Of a DNA stretch of 64,000 bases, positions 25,601 through 39,064 are shown piece after piece. The stretch spans positions 62,269,597-62,333,596 of the forward strand of contig CM074512.1 in assembly GCA_037379345.1 (NCBI GenBank), read 5' to 3'. How positions within the stretch are numbered: position 1 is the stretch's first letter; each line of letters starts with the position of its first letter. The position numbers and the translations under genes are program-made. The notes under the pieces are model-generated. The model worked only from the letters and a program-made list of their open reading frames with translations, was not told the DNA's origin and ran no database searches. This DNA is from Perna viridis (Eukaryota).

Positions 25601-26289
25601 AAAAGATCTTTCATTTCATTCAGTTATTGCTCCTGATGGTCTTTATAGTCTCACTTATACTATAATTTGTATTCGTAAAATATTTGTATGATAAATTTTC
25701 AATTTGGAAATAACCAAATAGTGACCATGGTGTATCGAACATTTCCATAAAAAACAACTATTCAACAAACAAGAAATAAAAAGAAACTTTTTTTCATATG
25801 TTGAGAAAAATGAGATTATGATACGACTTTAAATATTTTAATAAAATTATATATAGTATGGTTATTTTATTTCATGTTTTATGCTATTAACTCGAAACCT
25901 CCGTACAAGCATTAAATCCAAAGCTATTATATTTATGCGTATTCTAGTAAAATAATAATAAATCATAGAGTCTAAATTAGTTTCTTTGTGTGTCTTTGTG
26001 TGAGTATTAATTACAACAGTTTTTCTTTTCAAATTTTCTCACCATTTAAAAAAAATAAATTCATTATTTTTCATTTAAAACCATGCATTTTATGATAATT
26101 AGAAATTTATATTTGTTGAAGTAGTAAAATATATTGAAAACTATAATAAAAATAATAACACCTGTAAAAATTTCTAACGGATAATTTTTCGATCTACATG
26201 TCAATATAGACCATGCCCACTTTTCACGACTTGAGCGGTTCTCAACACGATTGAATTCACTCAATTGTTTGGACACGACAATAAAAATT

Positions 26290-26645
26290 CAACAGGTAAG
26301 CCCCGCCCCCTTCTTCTTTCACCTAGCTTATTGTGAAACAAATCGCATAGGAGCCTATGAATCGTGACACCGTAAACTCGAAATGGACTAATTTGATTGG
26401 ATGTTTTCGTGTCTATTTGTTCACTGTCGAATCAATATTCCTTGTTTAGTAAACTGTATTAGCCAAAAGAATAAGAAGTTGGAATTGTAAGACCTGTTTT
26501 ACAGTTTGTCTCTGAAAGGGTTGTATTGAAGTTTATCATTTATTGGACTTGAGCGTATTCAGGATCCATTGACTTTATACACATATTATAATCAGTGTAT
26601 TGGACTTGTATAAAACACGTGGAAGTTGTGAACTAACTTCATATT
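26290..26645 (+). promoter_or_regulatory. Putative SoxB1 proximal promoter / 5' UTR
   Basis: GC box GCCCCGCCCC at 26300-26309 and inverted CCAAT (TGATTGG) at 26394-26400. TATTGGACTTG occurs twice (26541, 26598), with TATAAAA at 26609-26615 and CACGTG at 26616-26621. The TSS cannot be determined from sequence. Confidence 0.55.
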
Positions 26646-27626
26646 ATGGAAAGTGACTTACAAAAGCAAGGACCAACTACAGCCATACCCCCAGCATCTC
26701 AAGGAATGCACGTGCCCGTTACAGGAGGGATGAACATGCATCAACATCCAGCACAACAACAAGTACATTCTCCCCCGTCTCCGGGAGACATGAATGGACA
26801 ACATAACAATAATAACAACAACATGGGCCAAAAAGGCAAAACTGACGATCGTGTCAAAAGGCCCATGAACGCTTTTATGGTGTGGTCACGGGGCCAAAGG
26901 AGGAAAATGGCTCAGGAAAATCCGAAAATGCACAATTCTGAAATCAGCAAGAGACTTGGTGCCGAATGGAAACTTTTATCCGAATCTGAAAAACGACCAT
27001 TCATTGACGAAGCTAAACGTCTTCGTGCCATCCACATGAAGGACCATCCCGACTATAAGTACAGACCAAGGAGGAAAACAAAGACCCTAATGAAAAAAGA
27101 CAAATATGCTCTACCAGGAATGCCCGGCGGTGGAGGACAATTACAATCAGATCCAAATAGAATGTACCCTGGGATGAATGGTTATATGCCGAACGGATAC
27201 CCCATGCATATGATGAACGATCCGAACGCATATCACATGGCCAATCAAATGGGACTAGCTCAATACGGTAACTACTCTATTCCTGCTCAACAAATGTCTG
27301 CAAATCAGATGACAACCGGCTCATACATGAATGGAACATCTAACTACACTATGTCCGTAGGGATGAATCCTTACTCGACCATGTCTCCGTCACAGGTTCC
27401 CCCGTCCGTCAAAAGGGAACCGAACCAGTCTGGAGGAGTTTCACAAGTTCCAGGAGCACCCAGGCAGGCGGGAGATTTACGTGAAATGATTAGTATGTAT
27501 TTACCAGGCGATGCCAACGATCCAAACAGCCAAGCGGCTGCTCATCATAGACTTATGCAGCAACACTATCAACAATCCTCAGAAGCGACAGGGGGAAATA
27601 ATACAGTTCCACTGACACACATGTAA
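26646..27626 (+). CDS. SoxB1: SoxB1-group HMG-box transcription factor (Sox1/2/3, SoxNeuro type), single exon, 326 aa
   Basis: HMG box [42 protein letters not shown]...[11 protein letters not shown] (nt ~26847-27077). It is followed by the group-B motif [11 protein letters not shown] and the SoxB1-type C-terminal motifs [18 protein letters not shown] and TVPLTHM-stop. The ORF is uninterrupted and its GC content is higher than the flanks. Confidence 0.97.
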   Translation: MESDLQKQGPTTAIPPASQGMHVPVTGGMNMHQHPAQQQVHSPPSPGDMNGQHNNNNNNMGQKGKTDDRVKRPMNAFMVWSRGQRRKMAQENPKMHNSEISKRLGAEWKLLSESEKRPFIDEAKRLRAIHMKDHPDYKYRPRRKTKTLMKKDKYALPGMPGGGGQLQSDPNRMYPGMNGYMPNGYPMHMMNDPNAYHMANQMGLAQYGNYSIPAQQMSANQMTTGSYMNGTSNYTMSVGMNPYSTMSPSQVPPSVKREPNQSGGVSQVPGAPRQAGDLREMISMYLPGDANDPNSQAAAHHRLMQQHYQQSSEATGGNNTVPLTHM

Positions 27627-28490
27627 AACCGTATGTTTTTTAGTTGTTTTGTGACCATATATGTGCTGCGTGTGATGGTAACATTATATTTCTCATATAC
27701 ATTTGTTTATCCATTTTTACATGTGTTGAATGAGTGGCGAGACCGATTTCCATGACATTTGGTAAGAATGTATTCATTGTTTCACTTGTGAAACTCAGAG
27801 TAAATGTTTTTACGAACGCGTGCGTGTATGACTGAATGTATAACTTTTGATGAAAAAAAACATGGTGCGATTTTTGCAAAAAATGTGCTGAATTTATGAA
27901 TTTAGATTTATATAATTTTATTACAATCATGACAGAGAGATCTGTATTTATTCATATAAACTATTGAACGAGACCACTTTTGTAGAAAATTGTTTAGCAT
28001 AATAATATAGTTCGGGTTTCGATGAAATTCGGAAACAGTAGGAAAAAAATTGACACCTATTTTTAATAATTTGCTCACTTTTCAAAGTAAACCACTACTA
28101 TTAGTTTTGTAAGTATTGTTGGAAATTGTTTTTGTTTGTGTGTAACGTCCCTGTCTTGTTCTTTTAATCTTTATATTTTTTTCAATTTAGTAAAAAGCTC
28201 AATTTTTACGTAAAAACCTCAACTAAAACCAACTACTTAGTTTTTTTTGTTAAGAATTTATTCGAATCTGTATATTTAAGTAGGTCGCGGAGATGGACAA
28301 ATTTGTATACCTATTTTTTTTTAAATATTAATACGTATATATAACGTTCGATCCGTATATATAGTTTTCTGCTATTTTTAATTGTTTACCTTTATTTAAA
28401 ATTTATTTGCATTTTTTGTATATAAGAATATTGTTTATTTGAAAATGCAGAGATGCAAAATTAAATGAACAAAAATACTGAAAACAATTC
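27627..28490 (+). other. Probable SoxB1 3' UTR with candidate polyadenylation signal
   Basis: U-rich sequence after the stop codon, with ATTAAA at 28460-28465 followed by a T-rich tract. A Pumilio-type TGTATATA is at 28417-28424. The end position is uncertain. Confidence 0.4.
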
Positions 28491-31400
28491 GATTATTAGT
28501 TTTGATTATTTCATGATATGAAAGTTTTGGTCACCTAGTCGTTTGTTGGGCACACCTTGTTCCACTGAAGTTTAGAAGCGCGACAAATTATGTATCCATT
28601 TTGTAAAACTTTAACGGAATGCTAACAAAAATTTCATTCAATTTGAATGGCATGTTTTATAGTTTTAAACAAAACTTTTCAAGTTTCAAGTACCTTGTGA
28701 TTTTAAAATATAAGAGGTTTTTAAATTTGTTTTTTAGTTACAATGACAAATTAAAACGGAATAAGGTATGCTCAAGTTTATGTGTTTATCGAAGTAGTTT
28801 TACTTTCGAGAAAACGTGCGTGAAATGGCTCTTCAGGCAGTTATAAAAATTCGAAACTTCATCGAACTTTTTAAATTTTAACTTGAAAATTTGAATCTTT
28901 GATAAAACAAATTTTATTATTTATAATGGTTAAATTTAAAAAAATCATATATTAAATTTTCAAATACATTCATTTTGTTTTTAAATTTATAAAAAAATCA
29001 TTTATAACTTCTTTGAGAGTCATTTGAAGGAATTTTCACGTTTACCCATAAACCGGAATTATTCTCGTCGGAATACATCAGTGTGGAATTTCATACGATC
29101 TTCCAAAATCAAAGATGAGAAATAATTAAAAAAAAACCATAATGTTTGGAATAATGCCATGTCGTGTTAGATTTCATACTGATCTATTTCCATCATTAAG
29201 GATCACCCGGATCTCCCACTTCAGCATTTCACACCGATTATAGGCCAATTTTACAATCTTCTCATCTAGATGTTGCCCCGGTTGTTAGAAATCATCATTT
29301 TATTGCGAGTTTTTCATAGAAATCGACATTAAAGAATGTTCAAATTAAGATGCATCATTAATGAAAGAAAGAAATGAAACAGTCGTATGGGATTGTAAAA
29401 TACTAAATCATAAACGGAATTTCTCCGGATCATTTACTGATCTAATTAGTCGGGTTCCAATTTCGCATATTGTATATGACCCCTCTGGTAAATTGTTTTA
29501 GCTAATTTTCTTGCAATCTATCATGTTTGGCCAATAAATTACAGTCACCAAGAAGTAGCATTATCGCTTAGGCGACAAAATCATTTGCCGAGCATTTCTG
29601 ATGTGTAATCTGTAGATCAAATGGGATCAGAGAAACAAGATTTACGATTTCAGTATCTACTTAATGAGATTACGATATTACCAATTGTCTTTCGAATTTT
29701 ATCACTATCATAGCATAAATTGGCGGAGAGAAATATAAGGATAATTTTATTTTTGTCCGCAGCGAAAGTAATGAATGACATTTAAATTTATTCTCTTAAA
29801 AAATAAAGAAGAAAAACTTTTAAAAGAAACTTTCAAACTTTTCAAATGATTTAACTGGTTGAATACACAATTAAGCTTTATTTGGTGTAGTTGTTATAAA
29901 CATTTATTAGGACATGAAATCTACAATATCCAATACACATAACCGAAAAAACCTTTGATGTTTTCGTCGGTGAAATGTACATGTATATTTAGTCGTTAAA
30001 ACTTTCCAATTCAGGAATACTTGCTAAAATAAAATAAAGTAAAAAACCTATAAAATTTTCAGTTGAAGAAAGCGCTAGGCATGTTATTATTTTACCAAAG
30101 CTAAACTTAATCACAGTTTTCGCACCAGGTGGAAAAGAAAACTTAGTCATGCGTTTAGACAATTTAATGTTTCGGCAGGACGGGGTAATTTTTAGACAGT
30201 CTTAGGTTTAAAATTACTTGATTTACCAGTTTTCTCATACTTGTGTTTGCTCGACCGATTTAATGGGTTCGGTTGCAATGTTTAAATTAAAACTAAAACA
30301 ACAGGTACACTCCAATGGCAATCTACCCAGTACCCGTACATAACATATATGATTTATCGGTTGTCGCCTCCAAAATAATTAAAGGCTACACAATATTTGG
30401 TCATGTTTCAAAATGTATATCTTGAGAATTTTTAATCTATTTGAACATTCTTCAGTGTCGAATTATACCTGAACCACACTGTCAAAAATTACATTGTCTT
30501 AAACAGAGACCCTGGGTATATACTTCCCGTTTTAAGACAAAATTTCCCCAATCTTGACGGTACTGTACACACAAAAAAATGTAATGTGTTTGCGAATTAT
30601 TCAATTAAAACACGCACCTGACAATGCACATGCAGATATTATTAACACAAAAGAATCCCATGAATCAATTAAGTGATGTGAATGAGAAAAAATACGGATA
30701 TTTTTATGGAACTTCAGAAAGATATTGACTTCTTTTGATAGTTATGCATCAGATGTTGTTGGTGTGTATTTTAGAAATATACATCCATGCTACTGTTTCT
30801 AGTGTTGTTAAAGTTTTCCTTGAAATTTTCCCTAGAAAAGTACAATTTAGTGTCGAAATTATTGTCTTGGTACATTTATAAAATTGACAAAAAATTAGCC
30901 CCCGAGATTCTTATCTTTGATTGCCTGGTAAGTTCAGTTTGAGCTCTAGCATTCCCTTAGATTTTCAGTTATATTGTAGAGCAGTTCGACTGAAATCAAA
31001 AGCATATTTAGTGTCCGCGTGTCTGTATGCATGTCAATCTTCATTACAAGCGAAAGTGCAGTACAAGTTTTGCGTTTTCAAGGACCAAAGATATGGATTT
31101 CTATCCCTTTTCAATATTGTCTTAGAAATATTAACCGAATGAATACGCTTCTATCATAGAAGTAGCCGTCTTATTACTATTAAAATACCTTAACTGATAT
31201 TTACAAACGCTTCAAACCGAGCAATATATACATATTCCAAATAAAAAGATATTTTCACAATTAAAATGATAGTTCCTAACACAAAGCTAACCCAAACTTG
31301 AAAAGTATTTATACAAAATACAATCACATGAAAAGTTTGAAAATTAAAATAACAAATCTTATTAATATCTACATGTAACTATACATGTAGTTTTCAACGC

Positions 31401-31644
31401 AAATAGTTTTTTTCCTCAATATGAAATTGATCACATCATAACGATTTTACAAAAATGTTGTTTATGGACATTGATATTGTAAATCGACATGATCTAGAGT
31501 AATATTATATTGGAGGGTATTCTTAACAATAAAAAACGCATATGTTCTCCGGTCAAATGCATTTACTTTGAGACAACTATTGAGAAAATTTTTGCATAGC
31601 ACATAATATGTATAAAATGGGAGAAAAATGATTGTCATGTCAAT

Positions 31645-31715
31645 GACTCGTGAGCTAAGTTGATAGCATTTAAAAAAATAGGATTGTGCTATCTGTCGTC
31701 CGTCCGTCTGTCCAT
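31645..31715 (+). mobile_element. Remnant of a Helentron/HINE-like non-autonomous element end
   Basis: CTCGTGAGCT followed by the (GTCC/GTCT)n microsatellite seed TGTCGTCCGTCCGTCTGTCC, an arrangement typical of HINE/DINE/pearl-type elements. Confidence 0.4.
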
Positions 31716-32663
31716 CAGTCACTTCTCAAGATTTGTGATGCCTTGATTTTTTTCATGTCGATGTTGGATCACATTATTAAAAATTCGGATAATGGTGTAC
31801 AATGTACACTGTTATGTAAATGTTAAGCAAATGTTTTAACATTCCGTCCATATACCAATCGTAAAGTCGAACTTCATCGCATTTTTCTACTTTACGTTTT
31901 GATTAGTTAGAGATGAACTCTATAAATCAGAAGTCGGTTAAATACATGTATGAAACACATAAAATATGAAAGACATTCAGAGCCTACTTGTGTTGAAGTT
32001 GGTAGATTTTCCTTTTGAGTAGTACTCCAGTTAAGAATCATACAAAATGTGATACGTAGTTGGAAAGCCTACATACTTTTTATTTTTGATATTTTGTTTA
32101 AAATGCGTAAGTAAACAGAAATTAACTTGCGGCTTTTCATATAACATTGTTCTTAAAAGATAAAAAATATATAGAATGCACTGTAGAATTCAAAATTAAG
32201 GGAGATAAATCCTAAATGACACTAAAATACAATAGAAATTGTTGGATTTTCAATATGAATTATCTCCTAAGAGCAGACAGACAGGAAAGAATAATTATCC
32301 ATTTCATCATATAGATCTATAACGTAACTTAATTAAAAAAAATGTGTAGCCTTTCTGGGGTATATCACATATTACAGAATCTGCATGATTCTTACAAAGA
32401 CTGCTACATGTACTTTAGTTCTAGATTATTTGAAATACGATACGAAACTTAAGGAGAGATGAGATACAACCAAACGTATACGCTCCCGTACTTTTGGTAG
32501 AGCAATCCATGCCATGAAACATATTCTGTTAACTGAATAAAGGTATCCCGGAGAGTGCTCATTATTAGGCGAACATTTTTCACAGGAGTATACTTCAATT
32601 TATCAATACATGTATATGAACGAACATGTCTTTTTTAGTGAACGGTATCTTTGTTGTAGTATA

Positions 32664-32830
32664 GTTTAGTTCAAACATATTTATTTGCATAAAAGTACAA
32701 GCAAACAGGTTGGACTAAAGTTATAACAACATTATGGAGGTCCTCTCCCAAACAAACAATGATTACAAAATAATGCAAAATGACGACAGTTTAGTATATA
32801 AAAAAAACAATAAAAGAGTATAGCAAAATG
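32664..32830 (-). mobile_element. Probable 3' tail of a CR1-like LINE (5'-truncated)
   Basis: The minus strand reads GGGAGAGGACCTCCATAA...GCAAATAAATATGTTTGAACTAAAC, i.e. AATAAA followed by a short AAC-repeat tail. The family assignment is from recall only. Confidence 0.4.
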
Positions 32831-33610
32831 GCAATTCTAATCAACACGGACGATATGAAACTAAAGGGAATATAATAAAAAGAGGGGGCTGGGAAAAAGG
32901 AGTGAGGTGAGAGATAACCATGGCAGTATTATTCAGATCTTTTTGTTCGTTTTATGAAGTGAAGAACACACGCACCAGCCAACATAAATACTATCGTAAC
33001 GTTAAAACCAGCTAACCGTGCCAGCAGAGAATTTCTGTATTCGGTATACAAATTGCATTCCATAAAATAGTGAGGGCAATCCTCGAAAGGATGTCCACAA
33101 CTACAAGAAGGGATGGGACCACATTAATATAAAATAAGTCAGTATTTTAGAGCTGCACACCACACATGTTTGTAAGCCTGGTATGAATAAAATTAACTTT
33201 CCTTTCTCCAAAATTGAGGTATTCAGTTTTTTTTCTCGTTGTCCTTTAAAGATTCTTTTGAAAGTGCCTATGTTCCTGGCATTTCTTGCCTCTAAGTTCA
33301 GCTGATTCCAGTCACCAACTGTTGAGTATGAACAGAAAAGTGATCTTTCAGTACAATATATTAGATCCGCAATGTCTCGTTATAGTAGAACGCATACTAA
33401 AATGATAAGAAAAAATTGAACAGATCTGGTAGAAAAAAAGGCGATTTAGACAACGTTATAACTAGAAGTGCTATTGATGAGATGAAACTCCACTACTTTC
33501 CCACGAAAGTTTTCTATGACAAAGTCTCAATATTCTAAACTTAATGCAAACTCAAGATGTGAAACAATACAAAACACCAATTATATAAATATTGTAAATT
33601 TCTGTATGCT

Positions 33611-33787
33611 CACGGGTGGATCCAGACACTTTGAAAAGGAGGGTGTCAGTCGGGGTTCCTCTGAAAAGGGGGGATGCTAGGACATTATTCACCATTTTTT
33701 GTCAATTTTACATATGAAAATGACAAATTATCCAATGGAAAAGGGGGGAGTGGCCAACCCCCTGCACCCCCTCTGGATCCGCCATTG
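33611..33787 (+). mobile_element. Non-autonomous DNA transposon, GGATCC-TIR family (hAT5-like), copy 1
   Basis: Ends CACGGGTGGATCCAGA ... TCTGGATCCGCCATTG, with flanks ATGCT / ATACT. Internally similar to 38896-39064. Confidence 0.8.
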
Positions 33788-36700
33788 ATACTGCAGCATT
33801 ATAGAACCAAATACTTAAAGGAAGTGCAAGATCCAAAAGATAATTAAATACAAGATTATGTAAGTACTTCGGGTTGATTTTTGTTGTGTATTGGCCAAGC
33901 CGGTTTCTAGGATTTATTGTCGTTAATAACTATACAAAAATCTACTAATTGCCCCTTTACACTTTGACGTTTTTATACTTTAAGTATACAATACTGATGA
34001 AATTTCAACTACATGTACTTCAGAACTATTGTGACGTTATGAACTAATGCAAAGATTTCGCTATATACGTAAAGAACATGTCCTGTTTACGGTTTAACAA
34101 ATTTGTGCGTTTCCTTTGATCTGTTCAAATCACCAATAATTTCTGTAAAGTTTATTTAAAGCCAAAGATAAATTTTCAAATGTTGGTTTTATTTAATAAA
34201 ACAAAGTGGAAATTAAAAACACACACCTGTGGAAGCGGGTATGATGAAGTCATATGGAATTCGAGAATTTTGGAATAGGGTCATACTTTATCAATGTAAA
34301 TAAGACTGCTATGTAAGGGATTTGCTTTCTCTCCGGCTATCTGCTTAGATCTATCGGTCCAGGCGTTGTCAGGTCCCGCCGTGGTAATACATTTTATTCG
34401 CGGTTAGATTGAATTTACCGAACTCAGATTATAGCCCCTCTGATATAGGCCCTAATCGTATAAGCTTCAGATAGAATACGGTAGTATGTTGACTTTTATC
34501 ATTTCTTACTTGATCGATGATATGAGGCCTGTAAACAAACTTCAGCTACAAGGAGTCGGTCAGGAAAAGGGTTCATCTTTAAAGAAAGAGGGCATGAAAT
34601 TGAAGTCTTCAACTATACACAGAGGGAAAAAAACAGCATAAAAAAATGATAATGTACCAAAAACTATTTAGAATGATATCGGAGTTTAAAAAGTAAACTT
34701 ATACCGTTATTTCAAAGGCTCGTTGCTACATTTTCCTACTGTATACATTGGTACTTTTAATTTCATTATCAAATACAGTAAATGGAAAGTTCATGGACTT
34801 TTATCTTCTTCGTTACTATTGCTTTTGTTTTGATACAACATGTGTCAAAAAGACCGGTGTCGTGATGGTGGATTTAGGTATACCCCTGTCATTGACAAAT
34901 TCAAATCATGGTGTTATAAACAATGCTGTATCAATCCTCAGGTATACCAATTCTCTATTTTCTGTCTAAGTGTTGATAGAGATAGCTAATATCTCGATTG
35001 TCTTAAGTTACATAATATTCTCATAGTCAAAAATAAATTGTTCAAATTGGTCTGACATCCGATACCAAGAAACGGAGCTGAGGGGATAAATTAAGGATTT
35101 CATAACCGTATAAAATCAGCTACTGGCATTCCGTGGGGTATTAATACCCCACAAAGCTGCGACTATCGTTGACGTTTTTGTCTGCTATGTAGCATTTTTT
35201 ATCCATGCTAAAAAGCAGTTTTATCTCTATTAACTGTAGCCAGAAACTTGTACCCCTATGAGGGTCCAAATAAGGGTGTTATGTATATATCTTGTCAATT
35301 TAAACTCATATCTCAAATCTGATGCAGACAGTAAATCTAGGTTTACGATTTCATATAATGATTTATAACTGGTTTGGTTAATTTTTCTTTAAATTGACAA
35401 GATAAAGTTTACATGCTTAGGAAAATGTGTACTTTTCACTATCACTATCGCGAGTTGTTGACACAAGATTCGAGGTAATACATATCGTCAAACGTCTTCC
35501 GTAAGTGTTGACGCACACTCGTGCAGACTGGAGTTATTAGAGTGGACTTATCTCCTACTGTTTTCACGCCAGAGAAATCTGTTATTATCTCCGGTTCTCG
35601 TGTAAAAGTGGTAACGAAGATTAAGCTAGTTATGTCCTCGACGTCGTACGTGTGTAACCGAAGTTGAACGAAGTTTTCCGATCCTAACGTCAAGAAATGA
35701 CCGAGTGACTTTTGATTGGAGTTGTCTTTCTTAATTTTCCCCTGGTTATTATCATATTATCAGTGATAGAATGTGGGTAGGGAAATCCAGGTTGTAAGGG
35801 TTTCGAGTTCATGAATAATGATTTACTGCAAAATTGTTTAATCTGAAAATGACATTCCGACTCCGTCGATGTAGTTCCACTGACAGGGAAATGTCACTGC
35901 AGATCCTCGATGTAATTAGAAGGCAAAAACATGTTTCTCCATGGAATAGTTTCCAATACTTTTAGCGCTTAGCAGGACCTTTTCAAAATGAAAGAGCTAG
36001 AACATCGCCACTGTAAAATATCAATTTTCAATTAAACTTTGTAACCTCATCGAACCATAATCCAAGAAAGGTTTCTAGGTACTTTTTTTCTCAACAACAG
36101 TTACGCCAGACAGTGGGACCACAGTCAAAGATGGTTTCCGGTATCTCAGCAGTACGGAATACCGATCCGGGTATTATATCAATCTCGCCATACGCCTCCA
36201 ATCTTGGTTTCTGTTTAGTACTTTAACTGTAGATAATTATATGTTCATTCGAGTTCCACATTCCCATGGATAACGTTACCATTGATTGTTTCAACCTTTG
36301 CTTTTTACATCGAATACCAATTGAATCATTAATTTTTCATAGAAAAAATATGATGAAACAGAGAAAATATCTTCCCCTACAGATTCCATTAAAAACTTCA
36401 TCCATCCATAAACAGAAAACAAATGGACGACATCCGCGTTTGTTTTTTCTGTTTTCCTTGTTTATGCAGAAAAAGGGAAAGCTGTAGTCTCAAAAATAGT
36501 TTTACGATTTTAAAAACCGACCATTGTTTAATTTTTTCCCCCATTTGAAATACACTTGTGATAAAGCTATTGTTCAAATTTTCGAGAAAATTAAGTTTTG
36601 TTCATTTCATTAATAAGGGGCAGGGCAGATGCTTATTTCTTTGGTAATTTGTACACGTAAAAGAAGTCAAAGGGATAGAGAATTGGATGGAAAAATTCAC

Positions 36701-38895
36701 CGATATTTGCGATTTATATTTACACGTGGATATCAGAATTCCTAGGTGTACAACCGTTTTAATTCCAAGATAAGTAATCATCCAAATTAAATTATGGCAC
36801 TGCTTATATGCTGGAGGTGATTCTGGATGCAGAAAAAATCCACCGATCAAACAATGATTTTCTTTTTTGCACACATCTGTATTTTTGGGAAAATCATATA
36901 CATTTTTTGTATTCATCTCCCACTTACATCAACCAAATCAAAAACGATAACTCTTGCTAAGTCCAAATTTTATGTACCATTTTTATCAATATTTCCTTCA
37001 AAACTGTAATTGTATAACCGAATGGCTAACAAACGCTGGTTATGTGGTCTGTAACGGTTTCTAAATAAGAAATACATGTTAGTGTTGTGGGTTTTTGACA
37101 TACATAAATCACCCCCTGTCTGATATTTATAAAGACTGCTACTAAAGAGTTGATTTCTTACCGATATTGTTTGTTCAATCCATCGGTAAGCTGTTTACAT
37201 TATGATGTATTTTTATTACTGTACACCTTTTCATTCACCTTTCTGCACTGTTTCCAATTGCGATTAGTTCCACTTATTCCCCGTCACAATAAAAACGTAT
37301 CGACATATTGGGTTATTAAGGAATGAATCTATGCCTTGATTAAATCCCTTGTACACAAAATAAAATTTTACAAAGACCTTTTATTCAGAAGGTATAAAGG
37401 ACAGTTTATCCTTATGTGAACCTTTTTCCATTCATGTTTTCGACTTTTATTTCGCTTACTGGGTCACTATTACATGGTTTCTACAATACGCGATCGTAAT
37501 CTTTTATTGGGATCAATTTATGTACACTCGGTTAACAGACATTCATACGAAAATCATTCGTACGACCCGAACAAAAGCAAAGTATTATGTTATTTTATTG
37601 TAAAACGTATTAGTTGATACATTGCGCACAAAAGAAATTTCACCTTCATTTGAATAACAATTTTTTACTTTCTGCTTATAATGGCTTTGAATATACACAC
37701 AGTTAATGTTTACAACACCATAAAATATCATTCTAAATAAGTCTATATATTCATAACAAAAGCCAAGCTTTGGAAGTCATCAATGACACGGATGTACTTT
37801 TACAATAAAGGAAACAGATCGGTTTACAGCAGAAGCGCTTACGAGAGCGACTACCAACAATGGGATGTGCTTTTGTAAAATCCGCCATTGTCATGTAGTC
37901 GGTAGAATGGACACAAAAGAATTACAACTTTCGGAGCAGAAAATTGTCAGAAATCTTAATGATGTTTCTCTTTTTTTAAATAAAGCATTGAGAAAATGGT
38001 ATAGGGCAAAACTTAATACATTTCAAGGCTATCTATTGAAGAGCAAACTTTTATTTGATAAGTTGAAAATAACAATCAAGAAGATATTTGGAAAGTGGAG
38101 TGGGATAATTCGCTGAGAATAAAACGAGACATGTTGCTACTTCAAACTTAAAAGCTTTTGCACATATTAATTTACACAGAAAGTACACAACAGTACTACA
38201 ATACAAATAAGAATTAGTTTAAGGTTATACTAAACAAACACCGGACGAAAACCAAGCAAACTTAAAACTGAAAATTTAAAACAAAACTAATTCTAAGATA
38301 CATAAAACGTTAAGTTATGACGTGTTAAGAAGCACACATTGAGTAGAAGACATTAATCATCTGAGTCATTTACAATGGCCTGACTTTCAGAAATATTTAC
38401 AACCCATATGCACATCTTGGCAGATCCAAAAGTGCATCGAGATTGTTTACCAAGCGGTGTGTTGATTGAGATTCACGTATATCTTGTCACAGTTTTTATA
38501 ATTCATTTTCCCAACACGTAAGTGCGAAAGTGTCTTTTACCACTCGTTGGCGCTAAAGGCTGTTTTGGATGCCCGTCCAAGTCAATATATGCTGGCATTG
38601 ACGAATTTAAAACTTAAGGGCACTAAACATTCTTGTAAATTTGCTTACTGATGCATATATAAATTGTTAGCTATGGATAATTGTATTTTCGCTAGTGTGA
38701 AATAGGATTTTTAGTTTGAACGAAACATGTTTTTCTTACATATTTCGCCATGTTCTGGACACTAAGAATATTAGCATTAGTAAACCTAGATACAGGTATA
38801 GCACTTCAAAGCATTTCATAATATCAAAATTATTGCGCATAAAATTTCGTTTTGTAATCTTCAAATTGGGTGTGTTTACAAGCAGTTTGTACTTC

Positions 38896-39064
38896 CAGGG
38901 CCGGATTCAGACACCTTGAAAGGGGGTGCCAGCCGAAGTTTCTAGGAGAAAAGTGGGTTCTAGGACATTTTTTGCCAGTTTTTGCCAATTTTGCAAATGA
39001 AAATGAAAAATCGTCCATTAAAAAGGAGTGCCAACCCACTGCACCTCCTCTGGATCCGACACTG
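38896..39064 (+). mobile_element. GGATCC-TIR family, copy 2
   Basis: CAGGGCCGGATTCAGA ... TCTGGATCCGACACTG with a perfect 5-bp TSD ACTTC. Shares CTAGGACATT, CAATTTT.CA.ATGAAAATGA and GCCAACCC.CTGCACC with copy 1. Confidence 0.82.

Noticed and set aside
27013-27231. 72-aa antisense ORF inside SoxB1
   Set aside because: Shadow ORF of the coding strand.
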